Positions 1-7,424 are shown, numbered from the stretch's first letter. The stretch: DNA of 20,000 bases from an uncultured virus (IMG/VR IMGVR_UViG_3300021560_000001) (IMGVR_UViG_3300021560_000001); one strand, 5' to 3'. Notes: generated by a model not told the origin, from the letters alone. Numbers and translations: made by a program.

Positions 1-501
1 GCGATTAGAGAAAAGCAAAATGGTAACTGGCAAGGCGCACGCGATCAAACTACGCTATGGCAAATTAATCTTGATCGGAATGTTGAGGGCGGCCATTCGA
101 CGCAAAAGCCGGTCGAGTGCATGAAACGACCGATTGAGAACAATTCGGCGCCGGGCGATGCTGTCTATGATCCCTTCGTTGGCTCCGGAACGTCGATTAT
201 TGCCGCAGAAATGACGGCGCGGCGCTGCTTGGCAATTGAGATTATGCCGGGTTATTGCGACGTGGCAATCGAGCGCTGGCAACATTTCACTGGCAAGCAG
301 GCCGAGCTAGATGGGGTGACCTATGCAGCCATCAAACGGCACCGTCTTAAAGCGCGACCAACGCGAGGCCGACGACGATCTAGTGAAATCGTTGCTCGTG
401 GCCTATCAAGCGATCAAGGAGCGAATGGCAAAGGGCGGGCCGGGCTGGACGCCGCGCGAGCCAAAAGAAAAGGGCGGCCAGAAGCCGCCCTGAGTGGGTA
501 G
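1..501 (+). CDS. DNA amino-methyltransferase (N6-A/N4-C, beta class), C-terminal part, 5'-truncated by the window
   Basis: Frame open from base 1: ...DQTTLWQI...HSTQKPVECMKRPIENNS.PGDAVYDPFVGSGTSIIAAE...IEIMPGYCDVAIERWQ. Shows the HxTxKP motif and the SAM-binding DPFxGSGT motif. Confidence 0.92.
   Translation, partial: AIREKQNGNWQGARDQTTLWQINLDRNVEGGHSTQKPVECMKRPIENNSAPGDAVYDPFVGSGTSIIAAEMTARRCLAIEIMPGYCDVAIERWQHFTGKQAELDGVTYAAIKRHRLKARPTRGRRRSSEIVARGLSSDQGANGKGRAGLDAARAKRKGRPEAALSG
323..493 (+). CDS. Hypothetical 56-aa protein overlapping the MTase tail in another frame
   Basis: ATG323 after GGGGTGA. Translation MQPSNGTVLKRDQREADDDLVKSLLVAYQAIKERMAKGGPGWTPREPKEKGGQKPP. Too short for the ORF track. 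Confidence 0.4.
   Translation: MQPSNGTVLKRDQREADDDLVKSLLVAYQAIKERMAKGGPGWTPREPKEKGGQKPP
463..491 (-). terminator. Intrinsic terminator on the minus strand
   Basis: Perfect 8-bp stem AGGGCGGC (471-478)/GCCGCCCT (484-491) with a 5-nt loop. AAAAGAAA at 463-470 reads as a U-rich tail on the minus strand. Confidence 0.6.
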
Positions 502-599
502 CTGGCCGCGGTCATCTCAAGATGAGATTGCTTCGACCGAGCTTCGGATGGTGTGCTCCCGCCGCCGCTCCTCTCTACCGGGCGCCGTTCGTCAAACAC

Positions 600-1493
600 A
601 TGCATTCGCTGCTGCGCAGCGGCTTTTATGCCCGCGGCCTGAACGCCGACGATCATGCCTTCATCGCGTATGTGCGGCAACACGGTAGCGCCAATGGTGA
701 GCTGCCGCACGAAGGCAACGGCCTTGTCACCGAGGGCATCTACTTTAGCGAGGAACAAGGCTTCTGGAACGAGCATTGGGCAATCGAAACCGGCGTCATG
801 CGACGGCTCGGAACTGGGCGTGTATTGCCGCCGCAAGTGCTGGAAGCGCGTCGGTTGGCCCGATTGGAAAGCAAGGGCGATACGACCTGGACGCAGAACG
901 AGCCCGAAATGAGGCGCGCGCGAACCGCCTGGAAGAAAGAGCAGAAAGCATTGGCGTTGGAACGCGAGAAGCGGCTGCAGCAGGCCATGCTCGCCGACAA
1001 TGAGTGGAATCGGGCGCGGCGAGAAATGCTGGAAAAAGACAACGGTTGGGAAAAGATAGGACGTTACCCAAGGCCGGAGCAGGGCGAGGTGTGGCGTAAG
1101 CGGCATTATGTGCCAGAATGGAAGCGCGCTGAATTGGCTGCGCAGATCCCACCGCAAGAAGCGCCAGTAGCGCCAGTCGCCGACTTGAAACGGCGGCCGA
1201 CGAGTTTACCGATTTATCAAACGGTGGAGGTAAAGCATCTCTCTGCGCTGCTTCACAGCTACAAGCGAGAATGGTTGGAGCTGCGAATCGAAGACGGGGC
1301 AGAATGCGGCTTTATGCCTGATGGCACGAGACCGGACACCGACGTGCCGCCGCGCGGCCGCGTCTACGCATTCGAGAATCTATTGTGGCTACACGAGGGC
1401 GACCTGCCGCTGCTGGCGTCGCGTCCCGGCATCGAGATTCTTTTTGTCAATTCGAATACCCACGTCGTTCATGCGCGACAAGCCGCCATCTGA
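600..1493 (+). CDS. Hypothetical protein (~297 aa) with a central charged helical segment
   Basis: Long ORF, open from ATG522. ATG600 preferred because 495-575 looks like structured non-coding sequence. No recognisable motif. Confidence 0.7.
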   Translation: MHSLLRSGFYARGLNADDHAFIAYVRQHGSANGELPHEGNGLVTEGIYFSEEQGFWNEHWAIETGVMRRLGTGRVLPPQVLEARRLARLESKGDTTWTQNEPEMRRARTAWKKEQKALALEREKRLQQAMLADNEWNRARREMLEKDNGWEKIGRYPRPEQGEVWRKRHYVPEWKRAELAAQIPPQEAPVAPVADLKRRPTSLPIYQTVEVKHLSALLHSYKREWLELRIEDGAECGFMPDGTRPDTDVPPRGRVYAFENLLWLHEGDLPLLASRPGIEILFVNSNTHVVHARQAAI

Positions 1494-1734
1494 GCAGCAG
1501 GTCCTTGGCCCGGGGATGACGCGGCAAGCCAACTGCGTTTGCTGCGAAGGGCCACTGACTGTCGAGGATGGCGATCGATGCGTCGCGTGCCGCCCACGAT
1601 TAAGCCGAGAGGCAGAGGCGATCAACACGCAGCGGCGCGTCGAGCGCGATGCCATTGTCGCGCTTGAGCGCGAGGCAGAGCATATTGCGACGCTGATCAA
1701 GCGACTGAAACGGAGGCTGCGATGGCAATCCTGA
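1471..1734 (+). CDS. Hypothetical protein, putative Zn-ribbon plus coiled coil (87 aa)
   Basis: CVCC...CVAC followed by an amphipathic basic helix. Start uncertain (1471 or 1516). Confidence 0.6.
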   Translation: MRDKPPSEQQVLGPGMTRQANCVCCEGPLTVEDGDRCVACRPRLSREAEAINTQRRVERDAIVALEREAEHIATLIKRLKRRLRWQS

Positions 1735-1979
1735 GTGCGATGACGATCAGGGACACGGCGGATGTGAGGGCAAAGCTGCTGCGTGTCTGGCGGCTGGTCG
1801 ACGACAAGAAGATCACGGCGTCGGAGGCCCGGCTGCATATCGGCTTGGCCCGCGCCATACTTGACACGCTCAAGGTGGAAATAGCGATGGCGCATCTCAA
1901 TCGCTCGCAGGTACCGAGCATTCCAGTGGCGCCGGCAATCAGTATTTCTACGCGAGCAACCCGGCAGAGTTGGCCATGA
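1722..1979 (+). CDS. Hypothetical helical protein (85 aa)
   Basis: GGAGG at 1712-1716. Overlaps the upstream stop. Confidence 0.7.
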   Translation: MAILSAMTIRDTADVRAKLLRVWRLVDDKKITASEARLHIGLARAILDTLKVEIAMAHLNRSQVPSIPVAPAISISTRATRQSWP

Positions 1980-2008
1980 TCCATCCTTTTTTTCGACCTG
2001 ATCATCAG

Positions 2009-2053
2009 GCGGCGGAGGTCATCCCGCCGCAACGGGCCAAAGCCCGTTTCACT
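2009..2053. terminator. Tandem hairpins between convergent genes, probable terminator(s)
   Basis: GCGGCGG/CCGCCGC (2009-2030), then AACGGGC-CAAA-GCCCGTT (2031-2048) followed by TCACTTT. Confidence 0.45.
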
Positions 2054-2761
2054 TTAAGCCTTGCGGCCGTAGTAGCGAGTTGGCTGGCCTTCCACCTTCT
2101 CCTTCTTGAGTTTGAGACCGGCAGCTCTGGCCTGCTGGGGTACACTCACCGAGGGCCAGCGCACTCCATCGGCGGCTTCGGTTGCATCCAAGATGTCCTT
2201 CATGGTGCAGCCGCCAGCGCGCAACAGCAGCTCGCCGATCAGCTCGACCTTGCTTTTGCCGTTAGTGGCTTTCGCCTTCGCCTTAGGCTTCGCTCGTTTA
2301 GCCGCTGCTTTGCCCTCTTGCTCCATCAGCTTGGCGAGCTGCGGCTTGGCTTTCGTCTTCTTAGCGGTAACGACCGACTTGTTCGTCCGTCGCGGCGGGA
2401 TCGGAAGCTTGTCGGGACTCTTCACTTCTGTACGCACGTTAGTCTCCTTTGGTTTATCGGCTCGGATGATGGCAAGAGCGGCTGAGCCGGTGGCCGGCAT
2501 CTTGGTGGTTTCGCCCGTCTTCTTCGCGAGCATCTTCTCGACACGCACGCGGGACTTCTCCTTACGCGTTTCCGCTTGCGCGGCAGCGAGAGGAGACTTC
2601 TGGATTGATGCTTTTGGCATGACGGGTACGGCGGCGCGCTCGCGTGCAATGATCTCGTCGATCCTCTCTTTGGCCTCCTTCTTTTGCTTTGCCGACATAT
2701 TGGCATTGCGATCAAGGGCGGCCGGTATTGGACCGGGATCGGTAGGGTCGTTTTCGTTCAT
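2054..2761 (-). CDS. Lys/Ala-rich basic protein with C-terminal DUF3489-like winged-helix domain
   Basis: AAGGAG 9 nt before ATG. Long K/A-rich region, then SKVELIGELLLRAGGCTMKDILDAT...W...AGLKLKKEKVEGQPTRYY, which resembles DUF3489. Confidence 0.75.
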   Translation of the reverse strand: MNENDPTDPGPIPAALDRNANMSAKQKKEAKERIDEIIARERAAVPVMPKASIQKSPLAAAQAETRKEKSRVRVEKMLAKKTGETTKMPATGSAALAIIRADKPKETNVRTEVKSPDKLPIPPRRTNKSVVTAKKTKAKPQLAKLMEQEGKAAAKRAKPKAKAKATNGKSKVELIGELLLRAGGCTMKDILDATEAADGVRWPSVSVPQQARAAGLKLKKEKVEGQPTRYYGRKA

Positions 2762-2903
2762 GGGCTAAGGCTCCTTATTCGGCCAGAATGGCCGCGTCGG
2801 ACACATGGCGTGGAACGTCCAGGATGTCCAGTTAAAAGATAGGGAATAGGCCGAAATGGGCCAAAACAAGCCGTTTATTTGAGCTCGGGAACTCGAAATA
2901 TAA

Positions 2904-2932
2904 CTGGCATCCCCGGCCATAATGGCCTATAT
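2904..2932 (+). promoter_or_regulatory. Putative sigma70 promoter
   Basis: CTGGCA-N17-CTATAT compared with the rhizobial RpoD consensus CTTGAC-N17-CTATAT. Lies in an AT-rich divergent intergenic region. Confidence 0.4.
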
Positions 2933-2978
2933 TATAGAGGCCGGATGCGCCGTCTTTTTTCAAAAGGAGAAAGAGAAC

Positions 2979-3260
2979 GTGAATACGATCAAGAAGCTAG
3001 TCTTAGCCCCCATCGCAATGCTCGCGCTTGCGACTACTGCAGCTCATGCCTCTTCGGCGGATATCACCCGATGGGAGAACCTTAACGAAAAATGCGTCTA
3101 TTCCATAAAACTCTCGGATGAGGAACGCGAGCTGCTTTGCGCTACTGCAGATAGATTGCGGGAGAAACTTCTGGCTCAAGGCTATTGCACTTATGGCCAC
3201 GGCGAAGTTGGTCGTTCCAGTAGAGATAAGAAACATTGCTATGCGCGGGTGACGAAATGA
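2979..3260 (+). CDS. Secreted/periplasmic Cys-containing protein (93 aa)
   Basis: AAGGAG before GTG2979. Sec signal MNTIKKLVLAPIAMLALATTAAHA with an AxA site. Four Cys in the mature part. Confidence 0.75.
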   Translation: MNTIKKLVLAPIAMLALATTAAHASSADITRWENLNEKCVYSIKLSDEERELLCATADRLREKLLAQGYCTYGHGEVGRSSRDKKHCYARVTK

Positions 3261-3505
3261 GGACCATCGTCGAATCCCCGCAGGCTCGCATGCGTCGTGA
3301 ACTCGGCTTACCAGAAAAGGTAGGCCGTTCTCGTTTCCGAGTGGACGATTACTTCCCATTTTCGTGCGGCGAGCATGTTTGTCGCCACGACGACGAGCGC
3401 CACGTTGGCCGCGTTATCGCTGTCATCAGCAATGCCGTTCGCGTTCGCTGGGAGAACGGCTGGAAGGAGGATTGTGAAATGCGCGATCTACGGAGGGCGT
3501 CATGA
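3257..3505 (+). CDS. Hypothetical protein, SH3/KOW-like beta domain (82 aa)
   Basis: ATGA overlap. Pattern FSCGEHV...HVGRVIAV...VRVRWENG. Confidence 0.65.
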   Translation: MRTIVESPQARMRRELGLPEKVGRSRFRVDDYFPFSCGEHVCRHDDERHVGRVIAVISNAVRVRWENGWKEDCEMRDLRRAS

Positions 3506-3696
3506 GAGGCTTGGTCGGTTTTATTCTCACGGTGGGTCTTCTCGCCGTAGTGACCGGCGGCGATGTGCGTGTATTAGCGCTCGTCTTCGTCGCGCTTCTG
3601 GTTGCTGTTCCCTATTGGCTAATCACTCGTGGCTTGGGCTCTGTGCTCGGCGTCCGCGAGGGACTGCTCCGCGATGATTTGAGGAGGAAAGAATGA
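3502..3696 (+). CDS. Small membrane protein (64 aa, about 2 TM)
   Basis: GGAGG SD, ATGA overlap, two hydrophobic segments. Confidence 0.65.
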   Translation: MRGLVGFILTVGLLAVVTGGDVRVLALVFVALLVAVPYWLITRGLGSVLGVREGLLRDDLRRKE

Positions 3697-3893
3697 GGCG
3701 CCGCATTATCACGAGGCATATCTATCCGCCGATCTCGGACCGGCGCTGGGATTGGTGCGCCTATCACGACGGCGATGAAGAGCTGCCGCACCTGTATGGC
3801 TGGGGTTCAACTAAGGAGGAGGCGGTCGCCGATCTTGCTCAGATCGACGAGGAAATCGTTGATGAGATTCTGACGCGGAGGGATGCGTCATGA
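3693..3893 (+). CDS. Hypothetical phage protein (66 aa)
   Basis: GAGGAGG SD, ATGA overlap. Motif DWCAYHDGDEE...GWGSTKEEAVADL. Confidence 0.75.
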   Translation: MRRRIITRHIYPPISDRRWDWCAYHDGDEELPHLYGWGSTKEEAVADLAQIDEEIVDEILTRRDAS

Positions 3894-4066
3894 CGCATAA
3901 GCATGTCTACCGCTTTAGCCGCTATTGCGGCGTTGGCGTGTGCATCGACTGCGGCGAGCACCAAGGGCTCGAGCGCTGTTATTGCGGTTGGAGCAAGACC
4001 GCGCCGGGCCGCGGCCGCGAGGAACTGATCGAGATGGGCGAGACCATCGAACCGGAGGACTATTAA
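3890..4066 (+). CDS. Cys-rich 58-aa protein, possible Zn binder
   Basis: ATGA overlap and GGAGG SD. Translation MTHKHVYRFSRYCGVGVCIDCGEHQGLERCYCGWSKTAPGRGREELIEMGETIEPEDY. Stop abuts the next ATG. Not in the ORF track. Confidence 0.7.
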   Translation: MTHKHVYRFSRYCGVGVCIDCGEHQGLERCYCGWSKTAPGRGREELIEMGETIEPEDY

Positions 4067-4267
4067 ATGATCCCGCGCTCCATGCTGCGCCCCGGCCTGC
4101 GCATTCGTCGCCGTCGACGGTTCCAAGACGATCTGCTCGGTACAGTTGTTCGATTCGATGAGTACCGCATCATTATTTGCTGGGATGATGAGGACATTAA
4201 TCGCGTAGTCGATTTGGATGGCGACGTCGTTCCTAATTTGGAGATTGAGCCATCAATCACCCCTTGA
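4067..4267 (+). CDS. Hypothetical protein, SH3-like (66 aa)
   Basis: GGAGG SD. Pattern LRPGLRIR...LGTVVRFDEYRIIICWD. Confidence 0.65.
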   Translation: MIPRSMLRPGLRIRRRRRFQDDLLGTVVRFDEYRIIICWDDEDINRVVDLDGDVVPNLEIEPSITP

Positions 4268-4521
4268 CCTATTTGCTGCTCAAGCGAGCCGGACACGGTT
4301 CGGCAAAGGCATGCGAGATCATCTTGGATGCTAGCCGCGGCGATCAATGGGCGCTGTTCTGGATAAAAATGCTGCGGCGGATCGAGCGGCTCCGGGAGAG
4401 CTGTATCGACTGCGGCCGGCGGCGACATAAGCGCTACCGCCGCTGCCGCGATTGCATGACATGGACGTGGTCGCTGGTTTCCCGCAAGGGCTTGTTCAAG
4501 CGGCAGGAACGGGAATGCTGA
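4264..4521 (+). CDS. Hypothetical basic protein with CxxC...CxxC (85 aa)
   Basis: TTGA overlap. CIDC...CRDC. Start uncertain. Confidence 0.45.
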   Translation: MTYLLLKRAGHGSAKACEIILDASRGDQWALFWIKMLRRIERLRESCIDCGRRRHKRYRRCRDCMTWTWSLVSRKGLFKRQEREC

Positions 4522-5516
4522 TCGACGATTTGATTGCCGGTGGTGCCCCGGCGAGCGGTACGACGATCGCTCCCATCCTCGAGCGACTACGGGCGGCGCA
4601 TAAGTTCGCAATCGCACCGGATGCGACGGCAGTGGCAGATGCGCTTGCCAACGACTATGGCGGGCTCACGCGCGCGTTTGCGCATTGCCGAATTCCGTTC
4701 GCAGAAACCTGGCTTGAATTCGCGCATATGGACCGGCCGAACTTCGCCAATGCGCCAGTGCAAGCGCCGCATTTTCAGATGCGGCCGCATCGGGTCGGCT
4801 ATCTGCTGAGCGCGCTGCGCAACGATCTTTCTGCCTGGAAAGCGCATTTGTTTTGGTCGATCAATGACAACCAATGCTCAACCGCGCCGATGGCGATGAC
4901 GTTCGACATGACGCGGCCGCTCGGCGGTCGATTGACGCTGCCGACCGAGGAGCAGAACGCAAGGAGGCGGCTGGCGCAGCAACAGCGCGGTATTGTCGAC
5001 GTAGACCAGGTCGATGTGCACCCTGGCTGGAAGGCTGGAACCGATGCGCAGCGGCTCACGATGCTGCAGCACACGCTCCCGACAACAACGGATTTTCCGC
5101 CGCCGCCGCCGCTCGGGCTGATCACCAAGCAGGAGCGCGATAGGTTCTACGAGATGGTTATGGATCTGGCGGCGTCGGATTGGGCTGGCGAGCCGTCGTT
5201 TCTGCTGGCACTGGTCGGGCTGCTAAACGCGCGCAATGCGGTCGAGACTGAGCTGGTCGATCAGGCGCGGCTCAATCGGGCGCGGGTAAAGCGCGGCAGG
5301 CTGCCATTTTTCGAGCATCACGTGCTGCGGATCGCAAGGCGGCAGATCGTTCGCATTTACGGTGAGGCCGGAGCGCGCGGCAACCACGCGCCGATGCGCG
5401 GGCACTTCGTGCGCGGTCACTGGAAGGTCAGGCGCACCGGTATTTATTTCTGGCATCCGCATGCGCGCGGCGACTTCCGGCGTGGTCGGATCGACAAGGA
5501 CTATGAATTAGCATGA
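4515..5516 (+). CDS. Uncharacterised phage protein with C-terminal HxVRGHW...WxPHxRG motif (333 aa)
   Basis: ATG4515 overlaps the upstream stop. C-terminus HAPMRGHFVRGHWKVRRTGIYFWHPHARGD. Confidence 0.85.
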   Translation: MLIDDLIAGGAPASGTTIAPILERLRAAHKFAIAPDATAVADALANDYGGLTRAFAHCRIPFAETWLEFAHMDRPNFANAPVQAPHFQMRPHRVGYLLSALRNDLSAWKAHLFWSINDNQCSTAPMAMTFDMTRPLGGRLTLPTEEQNARRRLAQQQRGIVDVDQVDVHPGWKAGTDAQRLTMLQHTLPTTTDFPPPPPLGLITKQERDRFYEMVMDLAASDWAGEPSFLLALVGLLNARNAVETELVDQARLNRARVKRGRLPFFEHHVLRIARRQIVRIYGEAGARGNHAPMRGHFVRGHWKVRRTGIYFWHPHARGDFRRGRIDKDYELA

Positions 5517-5538
5517 TAAAGGCTAAAATCGCACGCCA

Positions 5539-5841
5539 ATGAGCGACATCGACGATGATAAATTCGTCACAGCTTGGTGGAGCAAGCAAAGCTTGCGCGA
5601 GCTCGCCGAGGAGTTAGGCGTCGCGCAATACGTGCTCGAACGCGAATGGCGGCGGCTCAAATATGTGGGCCGCCTACCGCAGGCCAAGCGTGACATGGCC
5701 GGGCGAGCCTCGGCATGGGAGCGGGACGGGGATCAGCCGCCGTTGTGGGCGCGCGATCGGCTGCTGGAAAGGTTGCGAGAGGAGCATGGCGATCCGCGCT
5801 ATGATTTCTATTTCGCAATGCGCAAATCTTCGGCAAATTGA
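5539..5841 (+). CDS. Putative HTH DNA-binding protein (100 aa)
   Basis: SLRELAEELGVAQYVLEREWRRL fits an HTH pattern. Confidence 0.65.
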   Translation: MSDIDDDKFVTAWWSKQSLRELAEELGVAQYVLEREWRRLKYVGRLPQAKRDMAGRASAWERDGDQPPLWARDRLLERLREEHGDPRYDFYFAMRKSSAN

Positions 5842-5872
5842 CGTGGTTGGTCAGCATGTGGGGTGAGGGTGA

Positions 5873-5980
5873 ATGACAATTCCCTATTGGTTGTTCTTTC
5901 TCAACTTGGCCGCCTACTGTGTGCTCGGCATGGCCATCGGCTACAGGATGAGGGATGCTCGTGACCGAAGACCTCGTTGA
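5873..5980 (+). CDS. 35-aa single-TM peptide
   Basis: GAGG SD. Translation MTIPYWLFFLNLAAYCVLGMAIGYRMRDARDRRPR. Confidence 0.5.
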   Translation: MTIPYWLFFLNLAAYCVLGMAIGYRMRDARDRRPR

Positions 5981-6218
5981 CCGGCTGCAGATTTATGCCG
6001 ATGCCTATGACTCACGCGAGGCTGCGGCTGAGATCAAGCGGCTGCGCGAGGATAATCGCATGTTGAGCGAGGTTGAGTCGGAGACTTGGAAGGCGATGCG
6101 GCTTGAGATCGAGCGGCTACGGGCGGCGCTGCAAGCTATTTTGGACGAGAGCGACATGAGGGATTTTTGCTTGTGGGACGCACAGCAGATAGCGCGGCGC
6201 GCGTTGGAGCGGAGATGA
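5955..6218 (+). CDS. Coiled-coil phage hypothetical protein (87 aa)
   Basis: DLVDRL...EAAAEIKRLR...EIERLRAAL...IARRALE, a common phage pattern. Confidence 0.75.
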   Translation: MLVTEDLVDRLQIYADAYDSREAAAEIKRLREDNRMLSEVESETWKAMRLEIERLRAALQAILDESDMRDFCLWDAQQIARRALERR

Positions 6219-6430
6219 ACTTCGACGAGCCTGCCAAGGTTGCCGATGTGGCTTGCCTACGCGCTGAAATGGCGGTCGAGCTTGACGGGCTGCGCAAGGA
6301 AATCGGCTGGCTGCGCGAGGCGGTAAGCGTGCTGATCAATCGGGCGCTGCCGTCGCAGATGGAAATCAAACGTTCCGACCAGTCTCCATTCACGCCGGAG
6401 TTTGTGCGGCGAATGCGGGTGCGGGAATGA
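6215..6430 (+). CDS. Hypothetical protein (71 aa)
   Basis: ATGA overlap with GGAG SD. Confidence 0.6.
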   Translation: MNFDEPAKVADVACLRAEMAVELDGLRKEIGWLREAVSVLINRALPSQMEIKRSDQSPFTPEFVRRMRVRE

Positions 6431-6447
6431 ATGTTTGATCCGGCTGC

Positions 6448-6477
6448 CTTGACGAATCGGCGTGATTTAGCATAAGT
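6448..6477 (+). promoter_or_regulatory. Putative sigma70 promoter P1 with a GANTC site next to the -35 box
   Basis: CTTGAC (6448-6453)-N17-CATAAG. Contains CGAATCG. Confidence 0.55.
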
Positions 6478-6505
6478 CCGTCCCTTCCTTCCTGGTAAAC
6501 GCCTC

Positions 6506-6537
6506 TCCCCGTCACAGCAGTGGCGGGGGATCTTTTA
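6506..6537 (+). terminator. Intrinsic terminator/attenuator upstream of the nusG-like gene
   Basis: 10-bp stem TCCCCGTCAC/GTGGCGGGGG (2 GU pairs), loop AGCA, tail ATCTTTTA. Confidence 0.6.
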
Positions 6538-6566
6538 TTGACAGCGCGCAACGAATCGGCTTTAGG
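6538..6566 (+). promoter_or_regulatory. Putative promoter P2 for a (near-)leaderless nusG-like mRNA
   Basis: Perfect TTGACA (6538-6543)-N17-TTTAGG, a weak -10. ATG6575 follows 8 nt later with no SD. Confidence 0.45.
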
Positions 6567-6574
6567 CGCGCTCC

Positions 6575-7111
6575 ATGGCTCTGCTCTGGTATGCAGTGCG
6601 GTTGCTGCCGCGCTTAGAGAACACCGCCATCGCGCTGCTCGATGAGCAGAAGTTCGATCCGTATTACCCGAAGATGCATGTGGCCAAGGCGCGCGGTGGG
6701 CGAATCACTGATGCCGTCGAGCCAGTTTTCCCCGGCTACCTATTCGTGCGCAGCGAGGACGAGCCTGCCGCTTGGCGCACCGTTAATTCGACCCGCGGTG
6801 TCTTGCGCCTGCTCGGCTTCGGTCCGGATGGCGTGCCTTGTCCGCTACGTGAGGGCGAGATCGAGAGCCTGCAAAGGCGCGAAAGATCGGGACAATTACG
6901 GCATCCGACCAGGCGCCGCATCCGCGTTGGCGATCAGGTCGAGTTCAAGCATGGATCGTTGCTTGGCCACATCGGGCTCGTCAACATGATCAGGCGTCAA
7001 CGCATTCAGGTCTTGCTCAGCATGTTCGGTGGCGCTACGTTGGTGCAGACGCCGAGAGATTGGTTACGTCTGGCGGAGGCTTCCAAGGGGCTGGAGCGCG
7101 TCGTTGTTTGA
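6575..7111 (+). CDS. NusG-family (RfaH-like) transcription antiterminator
   Basis: NGN domain WYAV...EPVFPGYLFVR...WRTVNSTRGVLRLLGFG. KOW domain IRVGDQVEFKHGSLLGHIGLV...RIQVLLSMFG. Confidence 0.93.
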   Translation: MALLWYAVRLLPRLENTAIALLDEQKFDPYYPKMHVAKARGGRITDAVEPVFPGYLFVRSEDEPAAWRTVNSTRGVLRLLGFGPDGVPCPLREGEIESLQRRERSGQLRHPTRRRIRVGDQVEFKHGSLLGHIGLVNMIRRQRIQVLLSMFGGATLVQTPRDWLRLAEASKGLERVVV

Positions 7112-7424
7112 GCGACGCGAAGTCGCGGAGCGTCGAGTGAAACCAGCAACCAGGAACCAAGCCGATGACGTGCTGCCAGCATTCTGGCCGCGCGGAAATC
7201 CTAGGCTGCACCGCGAAGTAGCCTGGTGGCTGGACGACAAGCACCTCGGCATCATCGTCCTCGATCTCATCGACCGCGACTATGGCTTCGTACTGCTGTC
7301 CCGCGATCCAGTAGAGTTCCTGGATGCTATAACTTCATATCCAACCCAGGAGCAGGCGGAAGCGAAATTGCATGAGCGCGCTATGCACCGCGCGCGCGGA
7401 CTAGAGACTCATGAATTTACGTGA
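7104..7424 (+). CDS. Hypothetical protein (106 aa)
   Basis: GGAG before TTG7104, overlapping the NusG-like stop. Globular-looking sequence. Confidence 0.65.
   Translation: MFERREVAERRVKPATRNQADDVLPAFWPRGNPRLHREVAWWLDDKHLGIIVLDLIDRDYGFVLLSRDPVEFLDAITSYPTQEQAEAKLHERAMHRARGLETHEFT

Noticed and set aside
488..575. Glycine-riboswitch-like words (CCGAAG, CTCAGG) on the minus strand
   Set aside because: The conserved GGAGA and CUCUCAGG context is not matched and there is no downstream gene on that strand. Kept only as a generic structured-RNA candidate.
414..1157. 247-aa minus-strand ORF and the many other antisense ORFs over TerL, portal, MuF, GT and DUF2213
   Set aside because: Shadow ORFs expected in high-GC DNA. 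They have no motifs and lie opposite better-supported plus-strand genes.
1970..2768. Plus-strand ORFs 1970-2485 and 2106-2768
   Set aside because: Antisense to the DUF3489-like gene, which has a strong SD and a recognisable domain. The ATGA-coupled start at 1976 could be a relic but cannot be supported.
6575..7111. Host housekeeping nusG
   Set aside because: No secE/rplK context. The sequence is RfaH-like and embedded among phage genes, so no gene symbol was assigned.
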